IMG/VR virus record: IMGVR_UViG_3300022181_000118
Coordinates: 1 to 42,992 of that record
Reading direction: 5' to 3' (one strand)
Length of the DNA stretch: 42,992 nucleotides
DNA from: a virus
Lineage: Duplodnaviria > Caudoviricetes
The notes below the pieces were generated by a model. The model had not been told where the DNA came from and did not search any database. It saw only the letters and a list, made by a program, of their open reading frames with translations. Shown piece after piece: positions 16,518-25,004 of this stretch (position 1 is its first letter; each line of letters begins with the position of its first letter). Both the position numbers and the translations under genes were made by a program.

Positions 16518-18512
16518 ATGTTTAAAAAGAATTTTCAAAAGGTTCTGAAAGCCCTGGGCTTGATGGACAAAGCCAAGAGCAAAACTCTCTCGAAAGAGGA
16601 CTGGACCAAGATTCAGGCTTCCTATAAGGAAACCTTTGGTCGTGATTTTTACGCTGATGCCAATGAGGACAGCGAGGATGCAGACAAAGCTAAAGCTTAC
16701 GATTATGCAATGGAAATCATTTCATCTGCAGATGTAGATCCGGAAGATGAGGATGAGAACAATGAAGGAGATGAAGAGGGAGACGACACAAACGCCGACT
16801 CAGATGAGGATGGTGATAAAGAAGATCAGCCAAAAAAGAAAACCAAGAACCTTGGTAAAATTGTCAAGAAGATTGTGAGCAGCAATAAGAAACTTACAGA
16901 GCAGGTGCAATCACTTGTCTCAAAAGCTACTCCTGATCAACCTCTTGACACAAGAAGGGTTGCAATCGTTGGATTAGGTGGTTTCCATACACCAAAATAT
17001 GCTTTCGGTATCGAGCATCCGATGTTCGCTGCAGAGAAACGCTGGAACCAGATTCTTATGCATGGAAAAAACATCTCCCTGCAGTCAGATCCGGACGAGG
17101 AGTCATTCGAAAGCTTCCAGAAGGAATTTAAATCCTATGGTAAGGATATTTGTAAGAGGATGCAGGAGCTCAAGAAAAATGGCCTTCTTAACGTTAAATC
17201 TCTCAATACAGATGGTTCAATTGACTATTCTGGTCTTGCTGATGCAGGTCTTGGTACTCAGTTCCTGGTAAGAAGACAGGATGCCCTTATCGCAAGGATT
17301 ATTGCATTGCCGAATGTATTTAACGTATTCCCTCTTCGCTCCAATATTCAGGATGGTGATATAATCACTAATGCATTCTTTGGTGAATTCTCACAGGCTT
17401 ACCAGGAAGGCGAGATTTCAAAAGGTGGAATGGATCTGGTTCCTGAAAAGGCAAAGGTTCATGACGTGATGTTCAAGACCCTCTTCAAATCAATGAAGTG
17501 GATTGAGACTCAGTATATCGGTTATCTTAACACTGCCGGCAGTGACCCTATAAAATGGCAGATGATTGAGTGGATGATCCTTAACATCGCTACTGTTCTC
17601 AATAATGAGCGCAATGTGAGAACTGTTATGGGTCATAGAATTGAGCCAACAGTAGGAGTTAAAGGTCATTATCTTAACTCATCAACCGGTGTTATTCACA
17701 GGCTGTTGTCGTATATCGAAAACAACCAGATCCTTCCATTTGATGATTCAGATTTTGCATCTTATACTGCACAGACAATGGTTTCCGTTGTTGAATCATT
17801 TGCAGAAGAGGTAAACCAGCTTCTTCCAAATCTGTTGGGTAAAGCAATTTACCTCAACCTGAAGCACAGACCTTGGTATCTTCAGAGTTATCGTGCCACT
17901 TATGGCAAGGATATGGACTTTGCCGGTCCGGATGAGATGAAGCTGATGAACTACGATATTCCAATCGTATGGGTTCCAAACATGGGCAATCTGAAGTTCA
18001 TGTGGATTACTGAACTTGGTAACGTTCAGGCACTGGAAAACATCCCTGGTGAGATGTACAACACATATTTTGAGCGTCGTCTGGAGAGTGTGTGGGGATT
18101 CTCAACATGGAAAGAAGGTACAGCTGCTGCTTATGCAGGCAAACCATATGCTACACAAGCAGCTCTCTTGGCTGCAGGAAGAAAAGAACAGGCCATCTTC
18201 ATTAACAAGCCGGTGACTACGCTTGCTGCTGATGCAACAACTGTTGATGGCTCGAAGAACATATGGTTCCTTACTCAAGCCAATACTGCTGATGTTGAGC
18301 CTGCAAACCTCTCAATCACCGACATAATAAATCCTGAAGAGGGTGTTGTGTACAAAATTGAGATTGGTTCAGCCGACAATCCTCAGCATATTGCCAAGGC
18401 TGGCAAGTTCTCTCTTATCTCTGAGGCATGGGAGCCTACAGAAGTTGGTGAGTGGATCAAACTGATCTACGATAAGGCAAACTCAAAGTTCCTTGAGGTT
18501 GCTCGCGGATAA
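16518..18512 (+). CDS. Major capsid protein with N-terminal scaffold-like region and C-terminal accessory domain
   Basis: Follows the protease and is followed by a terminator; acidic/coiled-coil N-terminus; capsid-like core (SQAYQEG..KGG). Confidence 0.75.
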   Translation: MFKKNFQKVLKALGLMDKAKSKTLSKEDWTKIQASYKETFGRDFYADANEDSEDADKAKAYDYAMEIISSADVDPEDEDENNEGDEEGDDTNADSDEDGDKEDQPKKKTKNLGKIVKKIVSSNKKLTEQVQSLVSKATPDQPLDTRRVAIVGLGGFHTPKYAFGIEHPMFAAEKRWNQILMHGKNISLQSDPDEESFESFQKEFKSYGKDICKRMQELKKNGLLNVKSLNTDGSIDYSGLADAGLGTQFLVRRQDALIARIIALPNVFNVFPLRSNIQDGDIITNAFFGEFSQAYQEGEISKGGMDLVPEKAKVHDVMFKTLFKSMKWIETQYIGYLNTAGSDPIKWQMIEWMILNIATVLNNERNVRTVMGHRIEPTVGVKGHYLNSSTGVIHRLLSYIENNQILPFDDSDFASYTAQTMVSVVESFAEEVNQLLPNLLGKAIYLNLKHRPWYLQSYRATYGKDMDFAGPDEMKLMNYDIPIVWVPNMGNLKFMWITELGNVQALENIPGEMYNTYFERRLESVWGFSTWKEGTAAAYAGKPYATQAALLAAGRKEQAIFINKPVTTLAADATTVDGSKNIWFLTQANTADVEPANLSITDIINPEEGVVYKIEIGSADNPQHIAKAGKFSLISEAWEPTEVGEWIKLIYDKANSKFLEVARG

Positions 18513-18527
18513 CACTTGAAACAATCC

Positions 18528-18553
18528 GGCAGGGGCTCCGGTCCCTGCCTTTT
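18528..18553 (+). terminator. Intrinsic terminator after the capsid gene
   Basis: GGCAGGGGC-TCCG-GTCCCTGCC-TTTT. Confidence 0.75.
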
Positions 18554-18597
18554 GTTATCAAATCAATACATTTTCAATAGAGTAAATATTATTTCAT

Positions 18598-19572
18598 ATG
18601 AAAAAGTTTAAACAGAAATTTAATAAAAGGCTAGCGCTGATATCTTCTCTGATAATTGCGCTCATTGGCCTTTTCATTTTTTCCATGGCCGTAGATTCAG
18701 GCATGGGTGTTCTTGAAAGCATAGGCATTACCGGTTCAGGAGTGACTTATTGCGTTATGGCTGCTGTTGGCAACATCGGCAGAGTAACCGATAGAGAGAC
18801 TGCTGGAGCTCAGATATCATCACGAATTTGGCTAATTGCTTTGGATCAGGTTGATGATACGGTTCAGTTTCCGAGGCCAAATGCTAATGGTGAAGTAGGA
18901 ACTGTTCCGCTTAAGGCCGGAGAATATATGCATTACTTTGAAGCTATTGATGACTCTCTTGATGATAAATCTACTGGCAGTAAAGGAGATATAACTACTG
19001 CAGTGACAAATTCATTTACCTTTATTATGGGTGGGTACAGAAGATCGCTGCAGAAATTTATGGAGGATCACGCTGGAGACAGGTTTATAATCATCTATCA
19101 GATGGCAAGTGATGCTCAGTATCACATTGTAGGTAATGAGCTCAAGCCAATGATTCTAAAATCCTTTGATAGAACAAATAATAAAGAGTCCAGAAGTGTT
19201 TCCTTCACTTTTGAGAACAACAGTTTCCTTCAGCCACAGAAATATGTTGGAGCAATTGTAAAAGAAGCACCGGCAGCCATTGCTGCTAATGCCACCGAGC
19301 TTGCTTTCACCTCGGCCAACCAGTACATCACAAGTGCTGCTAATGCTGCAGCGACAACAATCGCTACTATCTCAGGGTTAGCTGCTGCTGATGAAGGTAG
19401 GATTATCGAAATTGTCGGAGGAGGTGGTGCCAATCCAACACACATAGACTCTATTGCTGCTATTGTCCTCAAGAGTGATGCAACCTGGATTGCAAATGCA
19501 GGAAGCAGATTAACTCTTAAAGTGCTCGATTCAGAGACATTGGTAGAGGGGTCAAGAGTTCAGACAGCGTAA
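18598..19572 (+). CDS. Putative major tail (tube) protein with N-terminal signal/TM leader and C-terminal accessory domain
   Basis: Beta-rich core following the capsid gene; basic-hydrophobic N-terminus; alternative ATG at 18757. Confidence 0.6.
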   Translation: MKKFKQKFNKRLALISSLIIALIGLFIFSMAVDSGMGVLESIGITGSGVTYCVMAAVGNIGRVTDRETAGAQISSRIWLIALDQVDDTVQFPRPNANGEVGTVPLKAGEYMHYFEAIDDSLDDKSTGSKGDITTAVTNSFTFIMGGYRRSLQKFMEDHAGDRFIIIYQMASDAQYHIVGNELKPMILKSFDRTNNKESRSVSFTFENNSFLQPQKYVGAIVKEAPAAIAANATELAFTSANQYITSAANAAATTIATISGLAAADEGRIIEIVGGGGANPTHIDSIAAIVLKSDATWIANAGSRLTLKVLDSETLVEGSRVQTA

Positions 19573-19597
19573 AGTTTCGTTTTTAGGTTAATTATTT

Positions 19598-19632
19598 AAA
19601 AGCTGCCGGCAGTGATGTCCGCAGCTTTTTTT
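19598..19632 (+). terminator. Intrinsic terminator (possibly bidirectional)
   Basis: AAAAGCTGC...GCAGCTTTTTTT. Confidence 0.75.
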
Positions 19633-19636
19633 CTTT

Positions 19637-19671
19637 GTCCTTCGGCTACGGGTAAAGGATAGATAAGTTTG
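19637..19671 (+). promoter_or_regulatory. GTCCTT-N21-nAnnTTTG promoter, copy 3 (packaging operon)
   Basis: GTCCTTC at 19637, TAAGTTTG at 19664-19671; directly after a terminator. Confidence 0.75.
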
Positions 19672-19705
19672 CATTGCAAGGTTGTAAAAATTAAAATTTC
19701 AAGTC

Positions 19706-20131
19706 ATGAGTTTAAGTTTTCGAGAGAAGAATTCAATAGCTAAGGAGCTGGCTAACGATATTCATATTGACAAAGACAAGCAGTTATTGCGTAAGCATCT
19801 CCCTGCAGACAAACTTCTGTTGCGTTCTGTCGGCCCATCCCGGCCGGATCTATCTTTCGATATTCTTTATCTGCTTCTTGATTTTGAGTCAAGAGAAAGC
19901 ATTATTTCTCACCGGAAATCAAGCTCAACAGAAAAGACTCCCGAGCCGGTTGCGAAGCAAAAGCAGAAAGTCTCAAAAGACGAAAAAAAAAAGTTACAAA
20001 AGAGGAAGAGTACCCCAATATCAGGTGGACAAAACTTGAAAGTCAAGACATCAGAGATGCTCACACAGTGTATTCAGACCGGGTCTACAGCTATCGCCGG
20101 ATGTGCGAATTGGATAAAGCGCTTGAAGTAG
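19706..20131 (+). CDS. Hypothetical protein, zero-frame product of a frameshifted pair
   Basis: 141 aa; contains GAA AAA AAA AAG at 19982-19993. Confidence 0.7.
   Translation: MSLSFREKNSIAKELANDIHIDKDKQLLRKHLPADKLLLRSVGPSRPDLSFDILYLLLDFESRESIISHRKSSSTEKTPEPVAKQKQKVSKDEKKKLQKRKSTPISGGQNLKVKTSEMLTQCIQTGSTAIAGCANWIKRLK
19987..19993 (+). other. -1 frameshift slippery heptamer A_AAA_AAG (inside an A10 run)
   Basis: In the correct register; the -1 frame is open from 19993 to 20487. Confidence 0.75.
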
Positions 20132-20487
20132 AGCCAACTACATCCAGGATAATTGAAATGGTTGAACTCGGCATCAGAAACAGAATTTGTTTCAAAGAGC
20201 TTGAGTATTTCAATAAAAATGGCCGGTTCCTATATGAGCACCCATTGATTCAAAAGAATACGCTTCGTTCCACTTTGGTTGCCCTGATGAAAAGTGACCC
20301 ACAGGCATTCCTGGAAGAACATAAAAATGTATCGAACAATGTATCCAGGTATAAATCGTTTCTGAACCGGAAGAAAGCCAAAGAGGCAGACAAAAATAAA
20401 TGGCAGAGCCAATTAAATAAACACACAGAAAAGCTCGCCTTAATGGCCGAGATAATGCAAGAACTAAACAATGGAAAGAACTATTAG
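19993..20487 (+). CDS. -1 frame extension, giving a ~260-aa fusion with the 19706 ORF
   Basis: Reads VTKEEEYPNIRWTKLESQDIRDAHTV into the ORF-track product of 20068..20487, which begins only at a GTG. Confidence 0.7.
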   Translation, partial: VTKEEEYPNIRWTKLESQDIRDAHTVYSDRVYSYRRMCELDKALEVEPTTSRIIEMVELGIRNRICFKELEYFNKNGRFLYEHPLIQKNTLRSTLVALMKSDPQAFLEEHKNVSNNVSRYKSFLNRKKAKEADKNKWQSQLNKHTEKLALMAEIMQELNNGKNY

Positions 20488-21763
20488 AGTATTTAATCTG
20501 GGGAACCTCCCTGTTTGCGATTTTGAAGAGTTTTATGACCTTCAAGAAGATTTTAAGATACATGATCCGGAACTGAATAAAAAGCTCCAGAATCTTATCA
20601 TTACGCGCGGCTTTAAGTATTCTTTTCTTGTCTGGGTTGATGAAGATGGAAAGAAATGGATTATTGATGCTCATCAAAGGAAAAAGGCACTTGCTGAACT
20701 AAGAAGCCAGGGATTTGTTGTCCCTCCAATTCCTTACGAGTCAATTTATGCCGAGGACAAAAGAGATGCTGTCGCAGAGATTGCTGCTCAGAACTCCATT
20801 TTTGCACAACGGAATCCGGATACAATTCTTTTTGACAAATACGAAATTTCAGATGAAGATCTATCTGTGTTTAATCTTGACATGGCTCCAGTCAACATGG
20901 ATTTTTCAAGCATGCTTTCTGATGAACCAGAGCTGAAGGCTGAACAGGATGACTATGAAGAGCCGGAAGATCTGGCGACGGATATTGTTCTTGGCGATAT
21001 CATCGAATTTTCCCTGGGAAATCTCAAACACCGCCTTCTTTGTGGTGATAGTACAAGTTCTGAAGATGTGGCTAAGCTATTAGCCGGAGCCAAGCCCATG
21101 CTGATGGTAACAGATCCTCCTTACGGAGTGAATTATGATCCAAGCTGGAGAGCTAAAGTTGGAGGGAAAATTAAGTCTGTTAGCAAAGTCACAAATGATG
21201 ATAATCCTTCATGGTTTAACGCATATGTTCTCTTCCCAGGTAATGTAGTATACATATGGCATGGGGCTCTTTTTACACATGTCTTTGCCACTGATATTGA
21301 GGAAGCCGGTTTCAGCCTGATATCTCAAATAATCTGGAACAAAAATACTTGTGCCATGTCCAGAGGAGACATCCATTGGAAGCATGAATCGTGTTGGTAT
21401 GGAGTGAAAAAGGGTCAGAGACATAACTGGCAAGGTGCAAGAAATGTAATGTCAGTATGGGATATCCAAAACCTTTCATCAAAAAGCGTGCGGGAGAGGG
21501 AAGGCGTTTCTGGTCATGGTACTCAGAAACCCATTGAATGTATGGCCAGGCCAATAATGAATAACTCAGCAATAAACGACTCAGTTTATGATCCATTCAT
21601 TGGATCCGGGACGACAATGGTGGCAGCTCATCAGCTTCACAGAAATTGCTATGCAATGGAGATCACTCCAAAACATTGTCAGATGGTAGTTGACAGAATG
21701 AAGAGGTTTGATTCAAATATTCAGGTAACAATAAATGGTAAAGAGTATAATGGCAACATATGA
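20471..21763 (+). CDS. ParB-like N-terminal domain + beta-class amino (N6A/N4C) DNA methyltransferase
   Basis: WIIDAHQRKKAL (ParB-like); HRLLCGDS, TDPPYGV, HGTQKP, YDPFIGSGTT. Confidence 0.9.
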   Translation: MERTIRVFNLGNLPVCDFEEFYDLQEDFKIHDPELNKKLQNLIITRGFKYSFLVWVDEDGKKWIIDAHQRKKALAELRSQGFVVPPIPYESIYAEDKRDAVAEIAAQNSIFAQRNPDTILFDKYEISDEDLSVFNLDMAPVNMDFSSMLSDEPELKAEQDDYEEPEDLATDIVLGDIIEFSLGNLKHRLLCGDSTSSEDVAKLLAGAKPMLMVTDPPYGVNYDPSWRAKVGGKIKSVSKVTNDDNPSWFNAYVLFPGNVVYIWHGALFTHVFATDIEEAGFSLISQIIWNKNTCAMSRGDIHWKHESCWYGVKKGQRHNWQGARNVMSVWDIQNLSSKSVREREGVSGHGTQKPIECMARPIMNNSAINDSVYDPFIGSGTTMVAAHQLHRNCYAMEITPKHCQMVVDRMKRFDSNIQVTINGKEYNGNI

Positions 21764-22061
21764 CAACCATATTCTTGTAAAGGTTAGAAACTGGGCTTCT
21801 TTGAAGTATTCTCCTTCCCGGATAGTTACCCTGCTGGATCTGCCAAAAGAAGAAGCGCAGATTTTTCTGGACGATATCGAGACAGATGATCATCCTCTGA
21901 AAAAGATGTATGAAATGGGATCTGCCATTGGCGATTACAACATGGATGTATCCCTTGTAAAAGAGGCTGAAGGAGGTAATATGGATGCAGAGCTGCAGTT
22001 GAGAGACAGGCAAAGGACGCGCAAAATTAATGAACTCAAAAACGACTTATTTGGAGTATGA
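21750..22061 (+). CDS. Possible terminase small subunit / HTH protein
   Basis: Helical ~103 aa with AEGGNMDA motif; upstream of terL; start may be 21735. Confidence 0.45.
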   Translation: MATYDNHILVKVRNWASLKYSPSRIVTLLDLPKEEAQIFLDDIETDDHPLKKMYEMGSAIGDYNMDVSLVKEAEGGNMDAELQLRDRQRTRKINELKNDLFGV

Positions 22062-22690
22062 ATAAACTAGAGAGATTACAGACACTTGATCCTGATGTTT
22101 TGCAGAACTTCCTGAAGACGCGCAGAAGTGCAGCGCTCCCGGAAGATCTGCAGGAATATATTATCAAGATTGATGCTGTACCCTCAATAGTACATCATGT
22201 TGGAGCTAACATGACAAGGGTCGTGCGATCTCTCCAGAAGCAGTTTCCTCATCTCAATTTCAGCACAGCAAGAGAGATCTACTACGACGCAATGAACTTC
22301 TTTCATATCGATGATAGTATTACTGTAGATGCCTGGGATAACTATTATGCAGATAAGATGGAGGATCTGGCTCGCTTAAGTATTGCAATGGATAAGATTG
22401 ATTCTGCTAAAAGATGTTACGATAAGGCGCACGAATTCAGAACCAAAGCTGCAGAGAGGATTAAAGTGACAGACTGGCAAGTGCCGGTATTCATAATAAC
22501 AAACAAAGTCAAGCATACTGATCTTGGATTTGAGAAGAAGAGCCTTCATGACATTGTGCGAAAAGATGAAGATGGATTCTACATCAATCTTATCAACTCT
22601 CTTGAGACGACTGATAAAGAAAAGAAGAGACTCATCCGGGAAGCAAACATTGTTGATGTTGAACACGAGGAGGTAATGGAAGATGAATAA
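22058..22690 (+). CDS. Hypothetical packaging-operon protein (alternative TerS candidate)
   Basis: 210 aa; overlaps the terL start; acidic C-terminal tail. Confidence 0.55.
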   Translation: MNKLERLQTLDPDVLQNFLKTRRSAALPEDLQEYIIKIDAVPSIVHHVGANMTRVVRSLQKQFPHLNFSTAREIYYDAMNFFHIDDSITVDAWDNYYADKMEDLARLSIAMDKIDSAKRCYDKAHEFRTKAAERIKVTDWQVPVFIITNKVKHTDLGFEKKSLHDIVRKDEDGFYINLINSLETTDKEKKRLIREANIVDVEHEEVMEDE

Positions 22691-24389
22691 TGAACTGGAA
22701 TATAATAGCTTCGAAGAGCTGTATCTAAACAACATGCAGATGCTGGTTCAGATTGTGGACTGTAACACTGTAATTGTTGAAGCCGGTCGGGGTACCGGTA
22801 AGACTGAAGGTGTGACAAGTCGCAGGACAATCAGTGTTGCCAAGGATCTCCCCAGGGAAACATCAGTCCTGGCACATAAGTCCTATGTTGCTTTGCTGGC
22901 CAACGTAGTTCCAAACATTATTGCTTTCTATTCTGAACCCAGGGGAGAAGAACAGAAGCCTCTACTGAGAGAAGGAATTGACTATGTAGTTGGAGAGAGA
23001 ACTTTACCAGGACACTTTCAAAAACCTCGCTATGCACCGGAGCATCCGGAACATACCATTTTCTTTGCCAATGGCCATAATATACGCCTGGTCGCAACTG
23101 ATCAGCAGGAGTCTATCGCCGGGTCCAACATAGTGCATATCTTTTTGGAAGAGATGAAACTTAACAAAGGAGCCAAATTAAAAAGCCGGCTTATCCCTGC
23201 AATGCGCGTTGGCAGGCTCACAAAGAATATCTCTCAAACACAGGCATCTATTTATTATCAGGGAGTAACAGGTGTCTCAGATACTGCTAGAGTATCCCTA
23301 GGAGAAGACTCTTGGTTTCAGGAATATGAGGAGAATATGAATGAAGAGCTTATTGCTGAAATTGTAACTCTTTCATTGTACGTAAACGAGGCTCTGTATA
23401 ACATTCATATTGGAAAGAATGTAGATGCAATGCAAAAACGCCTGGCAAAATATACACCCATCTTAAGCCGGGCGCGTAAGGCAGCAACATACTATATGCG
23501 CGTTTCAACCTTCATTAACCGGGAGGTACTTGGCCCCCAATATTTTGCTACACAAAAGAAGTTGCTCACTCCATCTGAGTTTCTGACATCAATATGTTCT
23601 GTCCGGGAGAAGAAAGCTGAGAACATGTTTGTTGCCAATTTTGATGAGCTAATACACACATTTGATGATTCATATAAATATGAGTCGATAATGAAGTTTA
23701 ATCTTAAGGACAACTTCAGGATTACTTCAGAATATCTGAAACACTACAATCCAGATGAAAAATTAGAGTTGGGGTTTGACCCCGGTTCCTTTGCTTCATT
23801 TGTTGTTGCCCAAGAAAACAGAAAAACAAACGAATACAGGATTTTGAAAGAACACTATGTTTTTTCTCCAAAAGACCTCCCAGAATTAGCCAGGGAGTTT
23901 AATCAGTTTTGGTGCAACCGCAGAAACAGAAACATAGACTTGTATTATGACCGGGCCGGCAACCAACGAAAGCCACAAAAACGACAGCACGAAACAGATG
24001 CAAAAGAGTTAAAGCACGAACTGGAGAAGTATGGCTGGAGGGTGCGTTTGATGAGTCTGAACCAAAGAACCATTTTCCACTGGGAGCTCTATAAGTTGAT
24101 GCTAAAACTGTTTGCACCTGATGATAAGACTATTCCAAAAATTATGATTGATGCCAATGAATGTCCTAACCTTATTTCTTCAATTTATTCAGCACCAATT
24201 AAAAAAGGTTCTAATCCGATTGAGCTTGATAAGTCGAGCGAAGTTAAGTTGCCACTAAACCTTCAGGCCGGTTTATCCACTCAGATACCTTCAGGAATGT
24301 TTTATCTGCTTTGGGGCAAATTTGAAAAATTCCTGATTATGGCAAAAGGTGGAAATTTCGGCAATATTCCAAGCAATATGACAGCCTAA
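22683..24389 (+). CDS. terL: Terminase large subunit
   Basis: Walker A AGRGTGKT; Walker B HIFLEE; nuclease motifs LGFDPG and YYDRAGN. Confidence 0.88.
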   Translation: MNNELEYNSFEELYLNNMQMLVQIVDCNTVIVEAGRGTGKTEGVTSRRTISVAKDLPRETSVLAHKSYVALLANVVPNIIAFYSEPRGEEQKPLLREGIDYVVGERTLPGHFQKPRYAPEHPEHTIFFANGHNIRLVATDQQESIAGSNIVHIFLEEMKLNKGAKLKSRLIPAMRVGRLTKNISQTQASIYYQGVTGVSDTARVSLGEDSWFQEYEENMNEELIAEIVTLSLYVNEALYNIHIGKNVDAMQKRLAKYTPILSRARKAATYYMRVSTFINREVLGPQYFATQKKLLTPSEFLTSICSVREKKAENMFVANFDELIHTFDDSYKYESIMKFNLKDNFRITSEYLKHYNPDEKLELGFDPGSFASFVVAQENRKTNEYRILKEHYVFSPKDLPELAREFNQFWCNRRNRNIDLYYDRAGNQRKPQKRQHETDAKELKHELEKYGWRVRLMSLNQRTIFHWELYKLMLKLFAPDDKTIPKIMIDANECPNLISSIYSAPIKKGSNPIELDKSSEVKLPLNLQAGLSTQIPSGMFYLLWGKFEKFLIMAKGGNFGNIPSNMTA

Positions 24390-24644
24390 AACATATAAAA
24401 TGGGGGTGTTTAGACATAAAAACAATATTTAATTAATTGATAGACAGAATTTATATAGTGAAACAGCGAAAAAGGGTTTTGTTTTTCCGGTTCCGAATAC
24501 CGGCACGCTGATTTTCGGAAATGCGATGCAAGAAGTGAAAATGTCGGGATATATGATGGGGCGCGGGATGTAGAAGATAGACATGTTCTATTAGGTAGAT
24601 ACAATTCTTAAAAAGAAATTCATACAGTAGTTCTTGCAATGCAT

Positions 24645-24679
24645 GTCCTTTATCGACAGAGATTACAATGAGATATTTG
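24645..24679 (+). promoter_or_regulatory. GTCCTT-N21-nAnnTTTG promoter, copy 4 (portal/tail operon)
   Basis: GTCCTTT at 24645, GATATTTG at 24672-24679; only 4 nt separate it from the ATG. Confidence 0.75.
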
Positions 24680-24683
24680 AACT

Positions 24684-25004
24684 ATGGAAACGATTGATGG
24701 ATACAAAGCACTTAAAACTCTGGAGGATATAACCAGGGCAGGGGGGACGTTCACTATCTCATTCTTTAAGTGCTCTCGCTCAAAGAGAGAAGCTTCAACA
24801 AAGCTGAGGACTATATCAGGGTGCAGGACCAGAGCTCAGATGCCTCATGAGAAGTGGAATATTGATGGGGACAACTACTTCCTATTTGAGTGTTCTGAAG
24901 GGAATAAGGCATGTTATAAGTACCTAATCAGGTACATCGGCTTCCCCAGTGACAACTATAGATTAAAGAAAGTTAAATGGTTTAATAATGAAGAAGGGAA
25001 CTAA
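24684..25004 (+). CDS. Hypothetical protein preceding the portal
   Basis: 106 aa; overlaps the portal start. Confidence 0.7.
   Translation: METIDGYKALKTLEDITRAGGTFTISFFKCSRSKREASTKLRTISGCRTRAQMPHEKWNIDGDNYFLFECSEGNKACYKYLIRYIGFPSDNYRLKKVKWFNNEEGN

Noticed and set aside
24410-24639. Two short minus-strand ORFs in the terL-portal gap
   Set aside because: TTG starts, no recognisable motifs, antisense to the late operon; probably spurious
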